From Fidelibacterota bacterium (GTDB taxonomy: Bacteria; Fidelibacterota; Fidelibacteria; Fidelibacterales; Fidelibacteraceae): a stretch of 56,327 bases of DNA. The notes beneath the pieces are model-generated. The model saw only the letters and a list, made by a program, of their open reading frames with translations, had not been told where the DNA came from and ran no database searches. The first letter of the stretch is position 1; the number at the start of each line of letters is the position of its first letter. The position numbers were made by a program, and so were the translations under genes. This document shows, piece after piece, positions 7,674 to 17,437 of the stretch. The stretch covers positions 1 to 56,327 of the forward strand of contig JAYEOX010000027.1 of assembly GCA_034723415.1 (NCBI GenBank), in the 5' to 3' direction.

Positions 7674-9602
7674 ATGTTGAAAATTAAGAAAAATATGAGT
7701 GAAAAAATTAAAATAAAATTACCTGACGGTACAGAGAAAAATTTCCCTAAAGGATCGACTTCCTATGATGTTGCTTTGTCAATAAGTAAAGGATTAGCGG
7801 AACACAGTTATCTTGCAAAAGTAAATGATAAATTAGTTGATTTAAATGCGAAATTAAAAAATGATTCTAATGTTGAATTAATTACAGATAAATCTCCTGA
7901 ATTAGAAGAAGTTTTACTTCACAGTGCAGCACATGTTATGGCCCAAGCAGTAAAGAGATTATATCCAAAAGTAAAAGTAGCAATAGGTCCGGCTATAGAG
8001 AATGGATTTTATTATGATTTCGATTTTGATGAACCTTTAACAGAAGCTGATTTACCGAAAATCGAAAAAGAGATGAAAAAGATCATAGACGAAGATTATT
8101 CTATAGAAAGAAAAGAGATCAGTAAAAAGGAAGCGATAGAATATTTTTCAAATCCAAAAGAGAATTATAAATTGGAAATAATTGATGAATTCCCTGATAA
8201 TGAACAAATATCTTTATATTCACAAGGTGATTTTACCGATCTATGTCGTGGACCTCATCTTCCTTCAACCGGAAAAATTAAGGCATTTAAATTACTTAGT
8301 GTTGCCGGTGCATATTGGCGTGGTGATGAAAAGAACAAAATGCTTTCGAGAATTTATGGAACTGCTTTCATTAGTAAGAAGAAATTAAATAAATATTTAA
8401 ATTTGCTTGAGGAAGCGAAGAAACGCGATCATCGAAAGTTAGGTAAACAGCTTGATCTTTTTGATATATCGGAACAGGTTGGGCAAGGTTTAGTTTTATG
8501 GTATCCAAAAGGAGCGACACTAAAAAAGATAATTGAAGATTTCTGGTTTAAAGAACATAAAAAAAATGATTATGAACTTGTTTTATCACCTCATATTGGA
8601 AAATCAGGTCTTTGGGAAACATCAGGTCATTTGGATTTTTACAGAGAATCTATGTATCCGCCAATGGATGTAGAGGGACAGGATTATTATATTAAACCGA
8701 TGAATTGTCCATTCCATATTATGATCTATCAACGAAGACAACAGAGTTATCGTGATCTTCCGGTAAGATATGCGGAATTGGGAACTGTCTATCGTTATGA
8801 ATTATCCGGAGCTTTACACGGTTTAATGAGAGTGAGAGGATTTACACAAGATGATGCTCACATTATTTGTACTCCGGATCAACTTGATGAAGAAATTGAA
8901 AAATTAATAGCATTTTCGTTTGAATTTTTAAAAGCTTTTGGATTCAAAAAATTTGAGGTCTTTTTATCAACTATACCGACGGATAAATATGTTGGTGAAC
9001 CCGCAAAATGGAAAAAAGCACAAGATTCATTAAGCCTATCATTGGAAAAAATGAAAGTTCCATATGAAATTGACGAAGGTGGAGGTGCTTTTTACGGGCC
9101 TAAAATAGACATAAAAATTAGAGACGCAATTGGCAGATTATGGCAATGCACAACAATTCAGTTCGATTTTAATTTACCGGAAAGATTTGATATGAATTTT
9201 ACAGCATCAGATGGAACCAATCAGAGACCATATATGATCCATAGGGCAATTATGGGTTCATTAGAAAGATTTATTGGAATTTTGTTAGAGGATACTGCCG
9301 GTAATTTACCTGTATGGTTGTCTCCTTATCAAGTATGTATTATTCCGATAACAGACAGACAAGTTGAATATGTTAAAAAAATAGATAAAAAGTTAAAAGA
9401 TAATTCAATAAGAAGTAAGATAAATGCTCATCAAGAAAAAGTAGGTGCCAAAATTCGCACAGCTGAATTAGAAAAAATTCCATATATGCTGATAATTGGT
9501 GATAAAGAGATGGAAAGTGGAAAAGTCAGTGTTAGAAAACATGGTTCGGGTGATCAAGGAAAAATGTTATTAGATGAATTTATAAAGAACATTAAAAATT
9601 AA
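7674..9602 (+). CDS. thrS: Threonine--tRNA ligase
   Basis: N-terminal TGS (IKIKLPDGT), editing-domain HSAAHV, and class II motifs (FRGFTQDDAH-like RVRGFTQDDAHI). An alternative start at ATG 7695 (MSEKIKIKLPDG) is possible. Confidence 0.95.
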   Translation: MLKIKKNMSEKIKIKLPDGTEKNFPKGSTSYDVALSISKGLAEHSYLAKVNDKLVDLNAKLKNDSNVELITDKSPELEEVLLHSAAHVMAQAVKRLYPKVKVAIGPAIENGFYYDFDFDEPLTEADLPKIEKEMKKIIDEDYSIERKEISKKEAIEYFSNPKENYKLEIIDEFPDNEQISLYSQGDFTDLCRGPHLPSTGKIKAFKLLSVAGAYWRGDEKNKMLSRIYGTAFISKKKLNKYLNLLEEAKKRDHRKLGKQLDLFDISEQVGQGLVLWYPKGATLKKIIEDFWFKEHKKNDYELVLSPHIGKSGLWETSGHLDFYRESMYPPMDVEGQDYYIKPMNCPFHIMIYQRRQQSYRDLPVRYAELGTVYRYELSGALHGLMRVRGFTQDDAHIICTPDQLDEEIEKLIAFSFEFLKAFGFKKFEVFLSTIPTDKYVGEPAKWKKAQDSLSLSLEKMKVPYEIDEGGGAFYGPKIDIKIRDAIGRLWQCTTIQFDFNLPERFDMNFTASDGTNQRPYMIHRAIMGSLERFIGILLEDTAGNLPVWLSPYQVCIIPITDRQVEYVKKIDKKLKDNSIRSKINAHQEKVGAKIRTAELEKIPYMLIIGDKEMESGKVSVRKHGSGDQGKMLLDEFIKNIKN

Positions 9603-9626
9603 ATAATAAATAAAAAAGGAGTAAAT

Positions 9627-10157
9627 ATTTCAACAAACAAGTCAAGTGGTTCTCTCAGAATTAATGGTGAGATCAGAGTTCAACAGGTAAGATTAATTAC
9701 GGATGAAGGGGACCAAATAGGTGTAGTAAACATACAAGAGGCGCAAGAAATAGCTGAAAAAAGAGATTTGGATTTGGTGGAAGTAGCGCCGGAAGCAAAT
9801 CCCCCTGTATGTAAAATAATGAATTATGGTAAATATATTTACCGTCAACAAAAACGAGAAAAAAAGAATAAGAAAAAACAAAGCTCATCTCCGTTAAAGG
9901 AAATGAGGTTTCGTCCTAGAATTGATGAACATGACATAATAACAAAAGTTAATAAGATAATTGGGTTTCTTGAAAATGGCTCAAAAGTAAAAATAACTGT
10001 AATGTTCAGAGGTCGTGAAATGGCTCATAAAGATTTGGGTGTTGAAACATTGGAAAATATATTAGATAAACTTTCTGATGTTGCTGAAATAGATAATGAA
10101 CCAAGTATGGTAGGAAGATTCTTATCCGTTTTTATCGTACCTAAAAAAGGAGATTAA
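9627..10157 (+). CDS. infC: Translation initiation factor IF-3, ATT start codon
   Basis: Conserved IF-3 N-terminus (INGEIRVQQVRLITDEGDQIGVV...LDLVEVAP) is in frame upstream of the tracked ATG at 9768. The frame opens after the thrS stop. ATT at 9627 lies 6 nt after GGAG (9618-9621). Confidence 0.85.
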   Translation: MSTNKSSGSLRINGEIRVQQVRLITDEGDQIGVVNIQEAQEIAEKRDLDLVEVAPEANPPVCKIMNYGKYIYRQQKREKKNKKKQSSSPLKEMRFRPRIDEHDIITKVNKIIGFLENGSKVKITVMFRGREMAHKDLGVETLENILDKLSDVAEIDNEPSMVGRFLSVFIVPKKGD

Positions 10158-10160
10158 TAA

Positions 10161-10349
10161 ATGCCAAAAGTAAAAACAAATCGTGGCGCAGCGAAGAGAA
10201 TTAAAACAACGAGCAGTGGAAAATTGAAAAGAAAAAAAGCATTTGCCGGTCATAAGTTCACTTCTAAAACTACTAAGCGTAAACGAGGTCTTCGTAAATC
10301 AACTTTAGTTTCAAAAAGTGATGAAAAACGAATGAAAGATCTGTTATAA
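10161..10349 (+). CDS. rpmI: 50S ribosomal protein L35
   Basis: [13 protein letters not shown]... basic 62-aa protein in the canonical infC-rpmI-rplT order. Confidence 0.95.
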   Translation: MPKVKTNRGAAKRIKTTSSGKLKRKKAFAGHKFTSKTTKRKRGLRKSTLVSKSDEKRMKDLL

Positions 10350-10401
10350 TTGTTAGTAATATTTTAAATTAGGAAACTAAAGAAAGTAAAAAGGAGAGAA
10401 A

Positions 10402-10764
10402 ATGCCAAGAGCAAATAGTTCTGTGTCAAGACACAGAAGACATAGAAAAATAGTAAAAGCCGCAAAGGGTCAATGGGGCGCTCGTCATAGATTATTTAAA
10501 ACAGCTAAAGAGGCAGTTGAGCGTGGTTGGAAATATGCTTATAGAGATAGAAGACAGAAAAAAAGAGATTTTCGTAAATTATGGATAACAAGAATTAATG
10601 CTGCAGTAAGACAACATGGAATGACTTATTCTTCATTTATTAATGCTTTGAAAGATAAAGATGTTCAATTAAATAGAAAGCAATTAAGTGAATTAGCTAT
10701 TCGTGAACCTGAAGCATTTGCAGAATTAGTAAAATCAGTAAAACCCAAAAAATCAACAAAGTAA
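10402..10764 (+). CDS. rplT: 50S ribosomal protein L20
   Basis: MPRANSSVSRHRRHRKIVKAAKG..., RDRRQKKRDFRKLWITRINAA. SD GGAG lies upstream. Confidence 0.95.
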   Translation: MPRANSSVSRHRRHRKIVKAAKGQWGARHRLFKTAKEAVERGWKYAYRDRRQKKRDFRKLWITRINAAVRQHGMTYSSFINALKDKDVQLNRKQLSELAIREPEAFAELVKSVKPKKSTK

Positions 10765-10800
10765 TTAATTATAAATTAAATTTGTAATAGGAATTTTTGT

Positions 10801-11814
10801 ATGTCAATCTTTGATGAAATAGGAAGTGTTGCAGAAAATTTTCATGATGAACTTGATATAATTTCTAATCAAGAACAAGTTGTTGATTTAAAAAATAAAT
10901 ATTTGGGAAGAAAGGGAATCATTTCAAATTTATTTTCTCAAATAGGTAAAGTTGCTGCAGAAGATAGAAAAAAAGTTGGTAAATCATTAAATTCATTAAA
11001 AAATGAATTTACAGAAAAAATTAATAAAAAAGATCAACAATTTTCTGTATCTGAGAAAAAATCAAATAAAATGGATTACTCTTTACCGGGATATTCATTC
11101 AATAGAGGTTCTCAACATCCAATCACACAAGCAATTGATGAAATGTTGGATATTTTTAATCACTTGGGATTTGATATTGCTTATGGACCTGAGGTTGAAA
11201 CAGATTGGTATAATTTCGGATCATTGAATTTTCCCAAAAATCATCCAGCAAGAGATATGCAAGATACTTTTTACACAGAAGGAAATGGAATATTAAGGAC
11301 ACATACTTCTCCGGTTCAAACTCGCTTTATGAAAAAAAACAAACCTCCAGTTCGAATTGTCGCTCCGGGTCGTGTCTATAGAAATGAGGCAATAAGCCCG
11401 AGAAGTTATTGTCTGTTCAATCAGATAGAGGGATTGTATGTAGACGAGGATGTAACTTTTTCAGATTTACGAGGAACTTTAGATATGTTTTGTAAAATGT
11501 ATTTCGGTTCCAATGTAAAATTAAAATTTCGTACAAGTTATTTCCCATTTACAGAACCGTCAGCTGAAGTTGATGTTTCTTGTTTCCTTTGTGGAGGAAA
11601 AGGTTGTAGAGTTTGTAAAAATACAGGTTGGTTGGAAATATTGGGCTGCGGAATGGTTGATCCTAACGTTTTTAAATCTGTTGGATATGATACTGAAAAA
11701 TATAATGGGTTCGCATTTGGTTTGGGTGTAGAAAGAATGGCAATGTTGAAATTAGGAATTAATGATATACGAATTTTATATGAAAATGATACTGAATTTT
11801 TAAAGCAATTTTAA
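10801..11814 (+). CDS. pheS: Phenylalanine--tRNA ligase alpha subunit
   Basis: HPARDMQDTFY, RTHTSPVQ, FPFTEPSAEVD and GFAFGLGVERMAML motifs. Confidence 0.95.
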   Translation: MSIFDEIGSVAENFHDELDIISNQEQVVDLKNKYLGRKGIISNLFSQIGKVAAEDRKKVGKSLNSLKNEFTEKINKKDQQFSVSEKKSNKMDYSLPGYSFNRGSQHPITQAIDEMLDIFNHLGFDIAYGPEVETDWYNFGSLNFPKNHPARDMQDTFYTEGNGILRTHTSPVQTRFMKKNKPPVRIVAPGRVYRNEAISPRSYCLFNQIEGLYVDEDVTFSDLRGTLDMFCKMYFGSNVKLKFRTSYFPFTEPSAEVDVSCFLCGGKGCRVCKNTGWLEILGCGMVDPNVFKSVGYDTEKYNGFAFGLGVERMAMLKLGINDIRILYENDTEFLKQF

Positions 11815-11850
11815 TGTTATTAATAATTTATGATATATAAAGGAAAATAA

Positions 11851-14244
11851 TTGAAAGTATCGTTAAATTGGTTAAAACAATACATAACAATAGAAGATGA
11901 TCCAGAAATATTAGCTGAAAAATTAACTTTAGCCGGTTTGGAGACTACCATAGAAATTGTTGGAGAATCTGTGCCGGATAAGGTTGTTATTGGGCAAGTA
12001 TTAAGTGTTGAAAAGCATCCTAATGCTGATAGATTATCTGTATGTAAAGTAAATGTCGGCAGTAATAAAGAATTAACAATTGTATGTGGAGCTCCAAATG
12101 TTGCTACTGATCAAAAAGTGCCGGTTGCTTTAGTTGGTGCAAAACTTACACCCGATTTTAAGATAAAAAATACAAAATTACGAGGGATCGAATCTCGTGG
12201 AATGATCTGTGCAGAAGATGAATTGGGACTTGGTGATATGCATGATGGTATTATGGTATTAGATGATAGTTATGAAATCGGCAAAAATTATAATGATTAT
12301 TTAGAAAAAGAGATCATTTTTGATATAGATCTAACCCCAAATCGTCCTGATTGTATGTCGCATTTTGGAGTAGTGAGAGATATTGCTGCTATTACGAATT
12401 CGCAATATCAGTTTAATAAGGTAAAGATTAAAGAATCGGGAAAGCAAATTAAGGATCTGACGAAAATTAATATTGAAGATAATGAAGCTTGTCCGAGATA
12501 TACTGCCAGGATCATTCAAAATGTTGAGGTAAAAAAATCACCAAAATGGTTAAAAGAACGAGTTGAATCAGTTGGATTACGATCAATTAATAATATAGTT
12601 GACGCTTCAAATTATGTAATGATGGAAACAGGGAGTCCACTTCATACATTTGATTTTGACAAATTAGCTGGTCATGAAATTAATGTACGATTTGCTAAAA
12701 CCGGTGAAAAATTTGAGACAATAGATCATATTAAAAGAAAATTATCACCGGAGATATTATTAATTTGTGATTCTAAAAAACCTGTTGCTATAGCAGGAAT
12801 AATGGGTGGATTATTTTCAGAAGTTGATGAAAATACAAAAAATATTTTAGTTGAAGGTGCATATTTTAATCCTGCTGTGATTAGAAAAGGTTCGAAATTG
12901 CAACAATTATCAACAGATTCTTCTAAACGATTTGAAAGAGGAACAGATCCTAATGAAACACTGATTTATTCTCAAAATAGATTGACAGGATTAATTAATG
13001 AAGTCGCAGGTGGGCAAATTGCAAATGGAATGATAGACATTTATCCGAAAAAGATCGAAGAAAAAGTTGTAAAACTAAGATTTTCTAAGATTAAAAATAT
13101 TACCGGATTGCAAATAGAAAGGCAAGAAATAAAGAGAATATTTATTGCATTAGGTTTTGAAATTATTGAATTTAATAATGATGACATTTTGGTGAAAATT
13201 CCTACATTCAGACCTGATGTTGAAAGAGAGATAGATCTGGTTGAAGAAGTGATACGGATAAACAGTATGGATAAAATTCCTACTTTGAGGACAATGCGCA
13301 TATCTGTTTCGGAAAATGTTGATGAGTTACATCCATTTTTAAGAAGCATAAGAAATTTGTTTGTTGGAATGGGATTTAATGAAACATTAAGTAATTCACT
13401 TGTAAGTGAAAAAATAGCTGATTCCGGAATATGGGATTATAAACCATTAAAAATTAAAAATCCACTATCGAAAGAGATGGATACATTAAGAACTGATATT
13501 ATTCAATCTTTATTAGTCAATTTGAATGTAAACGCAGTAAGAAAAAGAGAAAATATCAGATTATTTGAAATAGGAAAAGTGATCGAAAAAGAATCAAGAA
13601 GTGAAACAGGTGCTAAAGAATATTTGAATTTAGGAATACTTGTTTCCGGACCTGTTTGGGGATTAAATTGGAATGAAAAACCAAAACCTGTAAATATTTA
13701 TTATTTTAAGGGTATTTTCAATCTACTTTGTGAAAAATATGGGATTGATAATGTAAAATACAAAGCGACTGAAAATTGTGAAAATAATTCTGAGTGTATT
13801 TCTATTTTTTTACGGAAAAAAGAAATTGGGAAAATAATCAAATATGGAACTTCTAAGTTTGATAAATTACAATTGAATTATCCTGTAATTGTAATGGAAG
13901 TAAATTTAGATAAAATATTCAAAAGCAGGCAAAGAATCAAAAAATACAAAGAGATATCGCTTTATCCATCTATAACGAGAGATATTTCAGTTGTAATTGA
14001 CAAGAATAAAATGGTAAAAGATCTATTAGATGAAATAAAGACGAATGGTGGAGAAAATTTAATAGATGTAATAATTTATGATCGTTTTATTGATGATGAA
14101 AAATTAGGAAAGGATAAAATTTCTCTATCTTTTAGATTAGAATTCAGAAATAAAAAAAGAACTTTAAAAGATAATGAAATTGATAAAGTAATGGAGAAAA
14201 TATTTAATAAATTATTAAAAAATTATGGAGCACAATTAAGGTGA
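11851..14244 (+). CDS. pheT: Phenylalanine--tRNA ligase beta subunit (TTG start)
   Basis: MKVSLNWLKQY N-terminus, tRNA-binding domain (HPNADRLSVCKV), and B3/4, B5 and FDX-ACB regions; 797 aa. Confidence 0.95.
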   Translation: MKVSLNWLKQYITIEDDPEILAEKLTLAGLETTIEIVGESVPDKVVIGQVLSVEKHPNADRLSVCKVNVGSNKELTIVCGAPNVATDQKVPVALVGAKLTPDFKIKNTKLRGIESRGMICAEDELGLGDMHDGIMVLDDSYEIGKNYNDYLEKEIIFDIDLTPNRPDCMSHFGVVRDIAAITNSQYQFNKVKIKESGKQIKDLTKINIEDNEACPRYTARIIQNVEVKKSPKWLKERVESVGLRSINNIVDASNYVMMETGSPLHTFDFDKLAGHEINVRFAKTGEKFETIDHIKRKLSPEILLICDSKKPVAIAGIMGGLFSEVDENTKNILVEGAYFNPAVIRKGSKLQQLSTDSSKRFERGTDPNETLIYSQNRLTGLINEVAGGQIANGMIDIYPKKIEEKVVKLRFSKIKNITGLQIERQEIKRIFIALGFEIIEFNNDDILVKIPTFRPDVEREIDLVEEVIRINSMDKIPTLRTMRISVSENVDELHPFLRSIRNLFVGMGFNETLSNSLVSEKIADSGIWDYKPLKIKNPLSKEMDTLRTDIIQSLLVNLNVNAVRKRENIRLFEIGKVIEKESRSETGAKEYLNLGILVSGPVWGLNWNEKPKPVNIYYFKGIFNLLCEKYGIDNVKYKATENCENNSECISIFLRKKEIGKIIKYGTSKFDKLQLNYPVIVMEVNLDKIFKSRQRIKKYKEISLYPSITRDISVVIDKNKMVKDLLDEIKTNGGENLIDVIIYDRFIDDEKLGKDKISLSFRLEFRNKKRTLKDNEIDKVMEKIFNKLLKNYGAQLR

Positions 14245-14438
14245 TGCAAACAGAATCACTTACAAATTTAGAAAAAAAAATAGTAGAATCATTAGATGTG
14301 ATAGACAAATTAAGAGAAGAAAACGAAATTCTTAAGAAAAATCAAAATCCGAATATTCCCAATGAAAAGATAAAAAGAGTAAAAGATAAGCTTACTGAAA
14401 TTGTTCGTGACATTAGTGATTTTAGAAATTTAAAATGA
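14241..14438 (+). CDS. Small coiled-coil protein (possibly ZapB-like), overlapping the pheT stop
   Basis: 65 aa with a heptad-like charged sequence. The GTGATG start overlaps the pheT TGA. It sits immediately upstream of zapA. Confidence 0.5.
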   Translation: MMQTESLTNLEKKIVESLDVIDKLREENEILKKNQNPNIPNEKIKRVKDKLTEIVRDISDFRNLK

Positions 14439-14450
14439 TTTGGTGTAAAA

Positions 14451-14762
14451 ATGACACAAATTGATGAAAAACAAAATGAAAAGACAATGACTGTTGAAAT
14501 ATACGGTCAGGACTATCCCATAAAGGGTAAAGTGGACCCAAAATTTATGGAACAAGTTGCTGAATATGTTGATGAAAGTATGAAAGAAATTGGTGCAAAT
14601 ATGTCGTCAACTTTTGCAATACATAAAATAGCAGTAATTGCTGCTATGAATATTGCAGCTGAATATTTAAAATTATCTGATGATGAAAAGAAAACTCACA
14701 TTGAAATTAATAATAAATCACAACAACTTATTAGATTAATAGATAGTAAAATTAGTTCATAA
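14451..14762 (+). CDS. zapA: Cell division protein ZapA
   Basis: VEIYGQDYPIKG ... IAVIAAMNIAAEYLKL is the typical ZapA pattern; 103 aa. Confidence 0.85.
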   Translation: MTQIDEKQNEKTMTVEIYGQDYPIKGKVDPKFMEQVAEYVDESMKEIGANMSSTFAIHKIAVIAAMNIAAEYLKLSDDEKKTHIEINNKSQQLIRLIDSKISS

Positions 14763-14823
14763 AATTCATTTTTATATTTCATTTAATTGTCTCTATAGTT
14801 TAAAATTTTATTGAGGAGGAAAA

Positions 14824-16365
14824 ATGGAGTGGATTATTGGAATCGTTGGAGGATTGATATTAGGTGGATTATTAGTAATTTTATATTATCGTATAAAATT
14901 AAGTAATGCTAATGTTCATGTAACTGAAATGCTTGAAAAAGCCAGAAAAGAAAGCGAGACGATAAAGAAAGAGAAAATATTAGAGGGTAAAGATGAGGCA
15001 ATAAGATTAAGACAAAGAGTAGAAGACGACTACAAAGAAAGAACGATTGAGTTAAGAACAAATGAAAAAGAACAAAAAAAACGGGAACAAAATTTAGATC
15101 GTAAAGCAGAATTAATAGACAGACGGAATGAAAATATTCAATCAAGAGAAGACAAAAATAAAGAAATAGAAAGGTCTGTATCACTAAAAGAAAAAGAAAT
15201 TGAAAAAATACGGGTTGAAGAACAAAATAAATTGGAACGAATATCCGGTATAAGTCGTCAACAAGCCAAAAAAACATTAATGGATGAACTGTATGATAAA
15301 GCTCGTACAGATGCTCAAGTGAAGGTCAAAGAAATAAAAGAAACAGCGATATTGAATGCAAATAAAGAGGCGAAGAAAGTAATTATTGAAGCAATTCAAC
15401 GGTCAGCAGCAGATCATACTGCGGAAACAACTGTAACAACTGTTAGCTTACCAAATGATCAAATGAAAGGTAGAGTTATTGGAAGAGAAGGGCGAAACAT
15501 CAGACACTTTGAATCGATGACCGGAATTGAATTGATTATTGATGATACTCCGGAGGCAGTAGTTCTTTCCGGGTTCGATCCGGTTAGGCGTGAAACAGCA
15601 AGGATAGCTTTAGAAAAACTGATTAAGGATGGACGTATTCATCCGGCAAGAATTGAAGAAATGGTAAAAAAGGCGAAAGAAGAAGTAGAAGAATCAATGA
15701 AAGAAGCAGCAGAAGATGCATTAATGGAAGTAAAATTACCGCCGTTACCAAAAGAATTATTGATTAATTTAGGTAGGTTAAAATATAGAACAAGTTATGG
15801 GCAAAATGTATTAAAACATTCAGTAGAAGTTGCTTGGCTATCAGGATTGATGGCTGCTGAATTGAATTTAGATGGCAATATTGCAAAAAGAGCAGGATTA
15901 TTACACGATATTGGCAAGGCAATTGATAGAAATATTGAAGGGACTCATGCTTTAATAGGAGCTGAATTAGCTCGTAAAAATAAAGAAAAAGAAATAATTG
16001 TTAATGCTATCGAGAGTCATCATGAAGAAGTAGAAATGACAAATCCAATTTCTGCAATTGTCCAAGCAGCAGATGCTATCAGTGGAGCAAGAAGAGGTGC
16101 GAGAGGTCAGACATTAGAAAGTTATATTCAACGAATGGAAAAATTAGAAAACATTTCAAATGGCTTTAAAGGTGTTAATAAAACATATGCAATTCAAGCA
16201 GGAAGAGAAGTTAGGGTAATAGTTGAACAAAAAAGTGTCTCTGATAAGAATGCCGATTTATTAGCTGAAGATATTGCAGGAAATATTCAAAAAGAGATGA
16301 CTTATCCCGGACAAATTAAAGTTACTGTGATAAGAGAACATCGATCTGTTGGATATGCAAAATAA
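14824..16365 (+). CDS. rny: Ribonuclease Y
   Basis: N-terminal TM, K/E-rich coiled coil, KH domain (GRVIGREGRNIRHFE) and HD domain (LLHDIGKA). Confidence 0.95.
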   Translation: MEWIIGIVGGLILGGLLVILYYRIKLSNANVHVTEMLEKARKESETIKKEKILEGKDEAIRLRQRVEDDYKERTIELRTNEKEQKKREQNLDRKAELIDRRNENIQSREDKNKEIERSVSLKEKEIEKIRVEEQNKLERISGISRQQAKKTLMDELYDKARTDAQVKVKEIKETAILNANKEAKKVIIEAIQRSAADHTAETTVTTVSLPNDQMKGRVIGREGRNIRHFESMTGIELIIDDTPEAVVLSGFDPVRRETARIALEKLIKDGRIHPARIEEMVKKAKEEVEESMKEAAEDALMEVKLPPLPKELLINLGRLKYRTSYGQNVLKHSVEVAWLSGLMAAELNLDGNIAKRAGLLHDIGKAIDRNIEGTHALIGAELARKNKEKEIIVNAIESHHEEVEMTNPISAIVQAADAISGARRGARGQTLESYIQRMEKLENISNGFKGVNKTYAIQAGREVRVIVEQKSVSDKNADLLAEDIAGNIQKEMTYPGQIKVTVIREHRSVGYAK

Positions 16366-16379
16366 ATAACAGGAAAAAT

Positions 16380-17258
16380 ATGGAAACTAAAGAGTTGAGT
16401 GGTAAGGAAGTTGCGAAATTTTATAAAAATAGGATAAAAGAAAAAGTATTAAATTTAAAAAAGGAAGGTATAACTCCAGGATTAGCAGTTGTTTTAGTTG
16501 GAGATGACCCGGCTTCAAAAATTTATGTTAATAGCAAATCGCGTACCTGTTCAAAATTGGGGATATTTTCAAAAACATTAACCTATTCAAATAAAATTAC
16601 TCAAGCTGAATTAATTACTGTAATAGATAAATTAAATAAAGATAAACAAATTAATGGAATATTGGTTCAAATGCCATTGCCGTCTCATATAGATGAATTT
16701 GAAATAATCAACCGTATTTTACCTGAAAAGGATGTTGATGGTTTTCATCCGGTAAATATTGGAAAATTAGTTATTGGAAAAGAATCTTTTGTCTCATGTA
16801 CTCCTGCAGGTATATTAGCAATATTAAAATATTATAATATTTCAGTTGAAGGTAAACATGTAGTAATAATTAGTCGCTCTAATATTGTTGGGAAACCTTT
16901 ATTGAATTTACTTTATCAAAAAAGCGACTTTGGAAACGCAACAGTAACTATTTGTCATTCAAGAACGAAGAATTTATCTAAAATCACAAATCAAGCTGAT
17001 GTATTAATTGTTGCAACAGGTAGTCCAAATATGATCACAGACGATATGGTAAAAGAAGGAAGTGTTATTATTGATGTAGGTATTAATCGTATTAAAGATA
17101 AATCTAAGAAAAAAGGTTATAGATTAGTTGGCGATGTTGATTTTGAGAGTGTGAAGAATAAAGTTTATGCGATTACTCCCGTACCCGGTGGAGTAGGACC
17201 AATGACAATAACGATGTTAATGCAAAATACATTAGAAGCTGCACAGAGAGCAAGGTAA
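16380..17258 (+). CDS. folD: Bifunctional methylenetetrahydrofolate dehydrogenase/cyclohydrolase
   Basis: PGLAVVLVGDDPAS.IYV, CTPAGI, GKPL and PVPGGVGPMT motifs. Confidence 0.95.
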   Translation: METKELSGKEVAKFYKNRIKEKVLNLKKEGITPGLAVVLVGDDPASKIYVNSKSRTCSKLGIFSKTLTYSNKITQAELITVIDKLNKDKQINGILVQMPLPSHIDEFEIINRILPEKDVDGFHPVNIGKLVIGKESFVSCTPAGILAILKYYNISVEGKHVVIISRSNIVGKPLLNLLYQKSDFGNATVTICHSRTKNLSKITNQADVLIVATGSPNMITDDMVKEGSVIIDVGINRIKDKSKKKGYRLVGDVDFESVKNKVYAITPVPGGVGPMTITMLMQNTLEAAQRAR

Positions 17259-17437
17259 AATTTGTTAAATATATGATTTTAATAACGAATATCAATTAAC
17301 AAATAAAGATTTACCAAATAAATGTTTGTATATAAAATTAAAAGAGAATGTAAATAATGAAAATAGTAGCAATTTGAAACAGAAATGCTATAAAACCCCT
17401 TACAGGGCGTAGCAAAATCATTTGAAGGAATTTATTT

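Noticed and set aside
8182-8388. Same-strand alternate-frame ORFs inside thrS (8182-8388), pheS (11003-11227), the Bat-like TM gene (25762-25959) and the ligase (27128-27388).
   Set aside because: They are embedded in strongly supported reading frames, and their translations have no recognisable features.
14909-15277. 122-aa antisense ORF inside rny. Similar antisense or alternate-frame ORFs in the track include 1775-1984, 3232-3447, 5352-5546, 13041-13349, 23125-23391, 23475-23759, 25382-25684, 28790-29089, 29749-30057, 35980-36423, 43151-43462, 44746-45108, 46538-46909 and 54282-54575.
   Set aside because: Each lies wholly within or opposite a well-supported gene. Their low-complexity F/L/I/S-rich translations are typical of the antisense of K/E/N-rich AT-rich coding sequence. 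None has an SD or a recognisable motif.
17380-17437. Small GC patch ctataaaaccccttacagggcgtagc upstream of tamB, considered as another member of the repeat family.
   Set aside because: It can form a ccc/ggg hairpin nested in gcta/tagc. It shares no sequence with the 48-nt element or the heptamer arrays and is a single occurrence.
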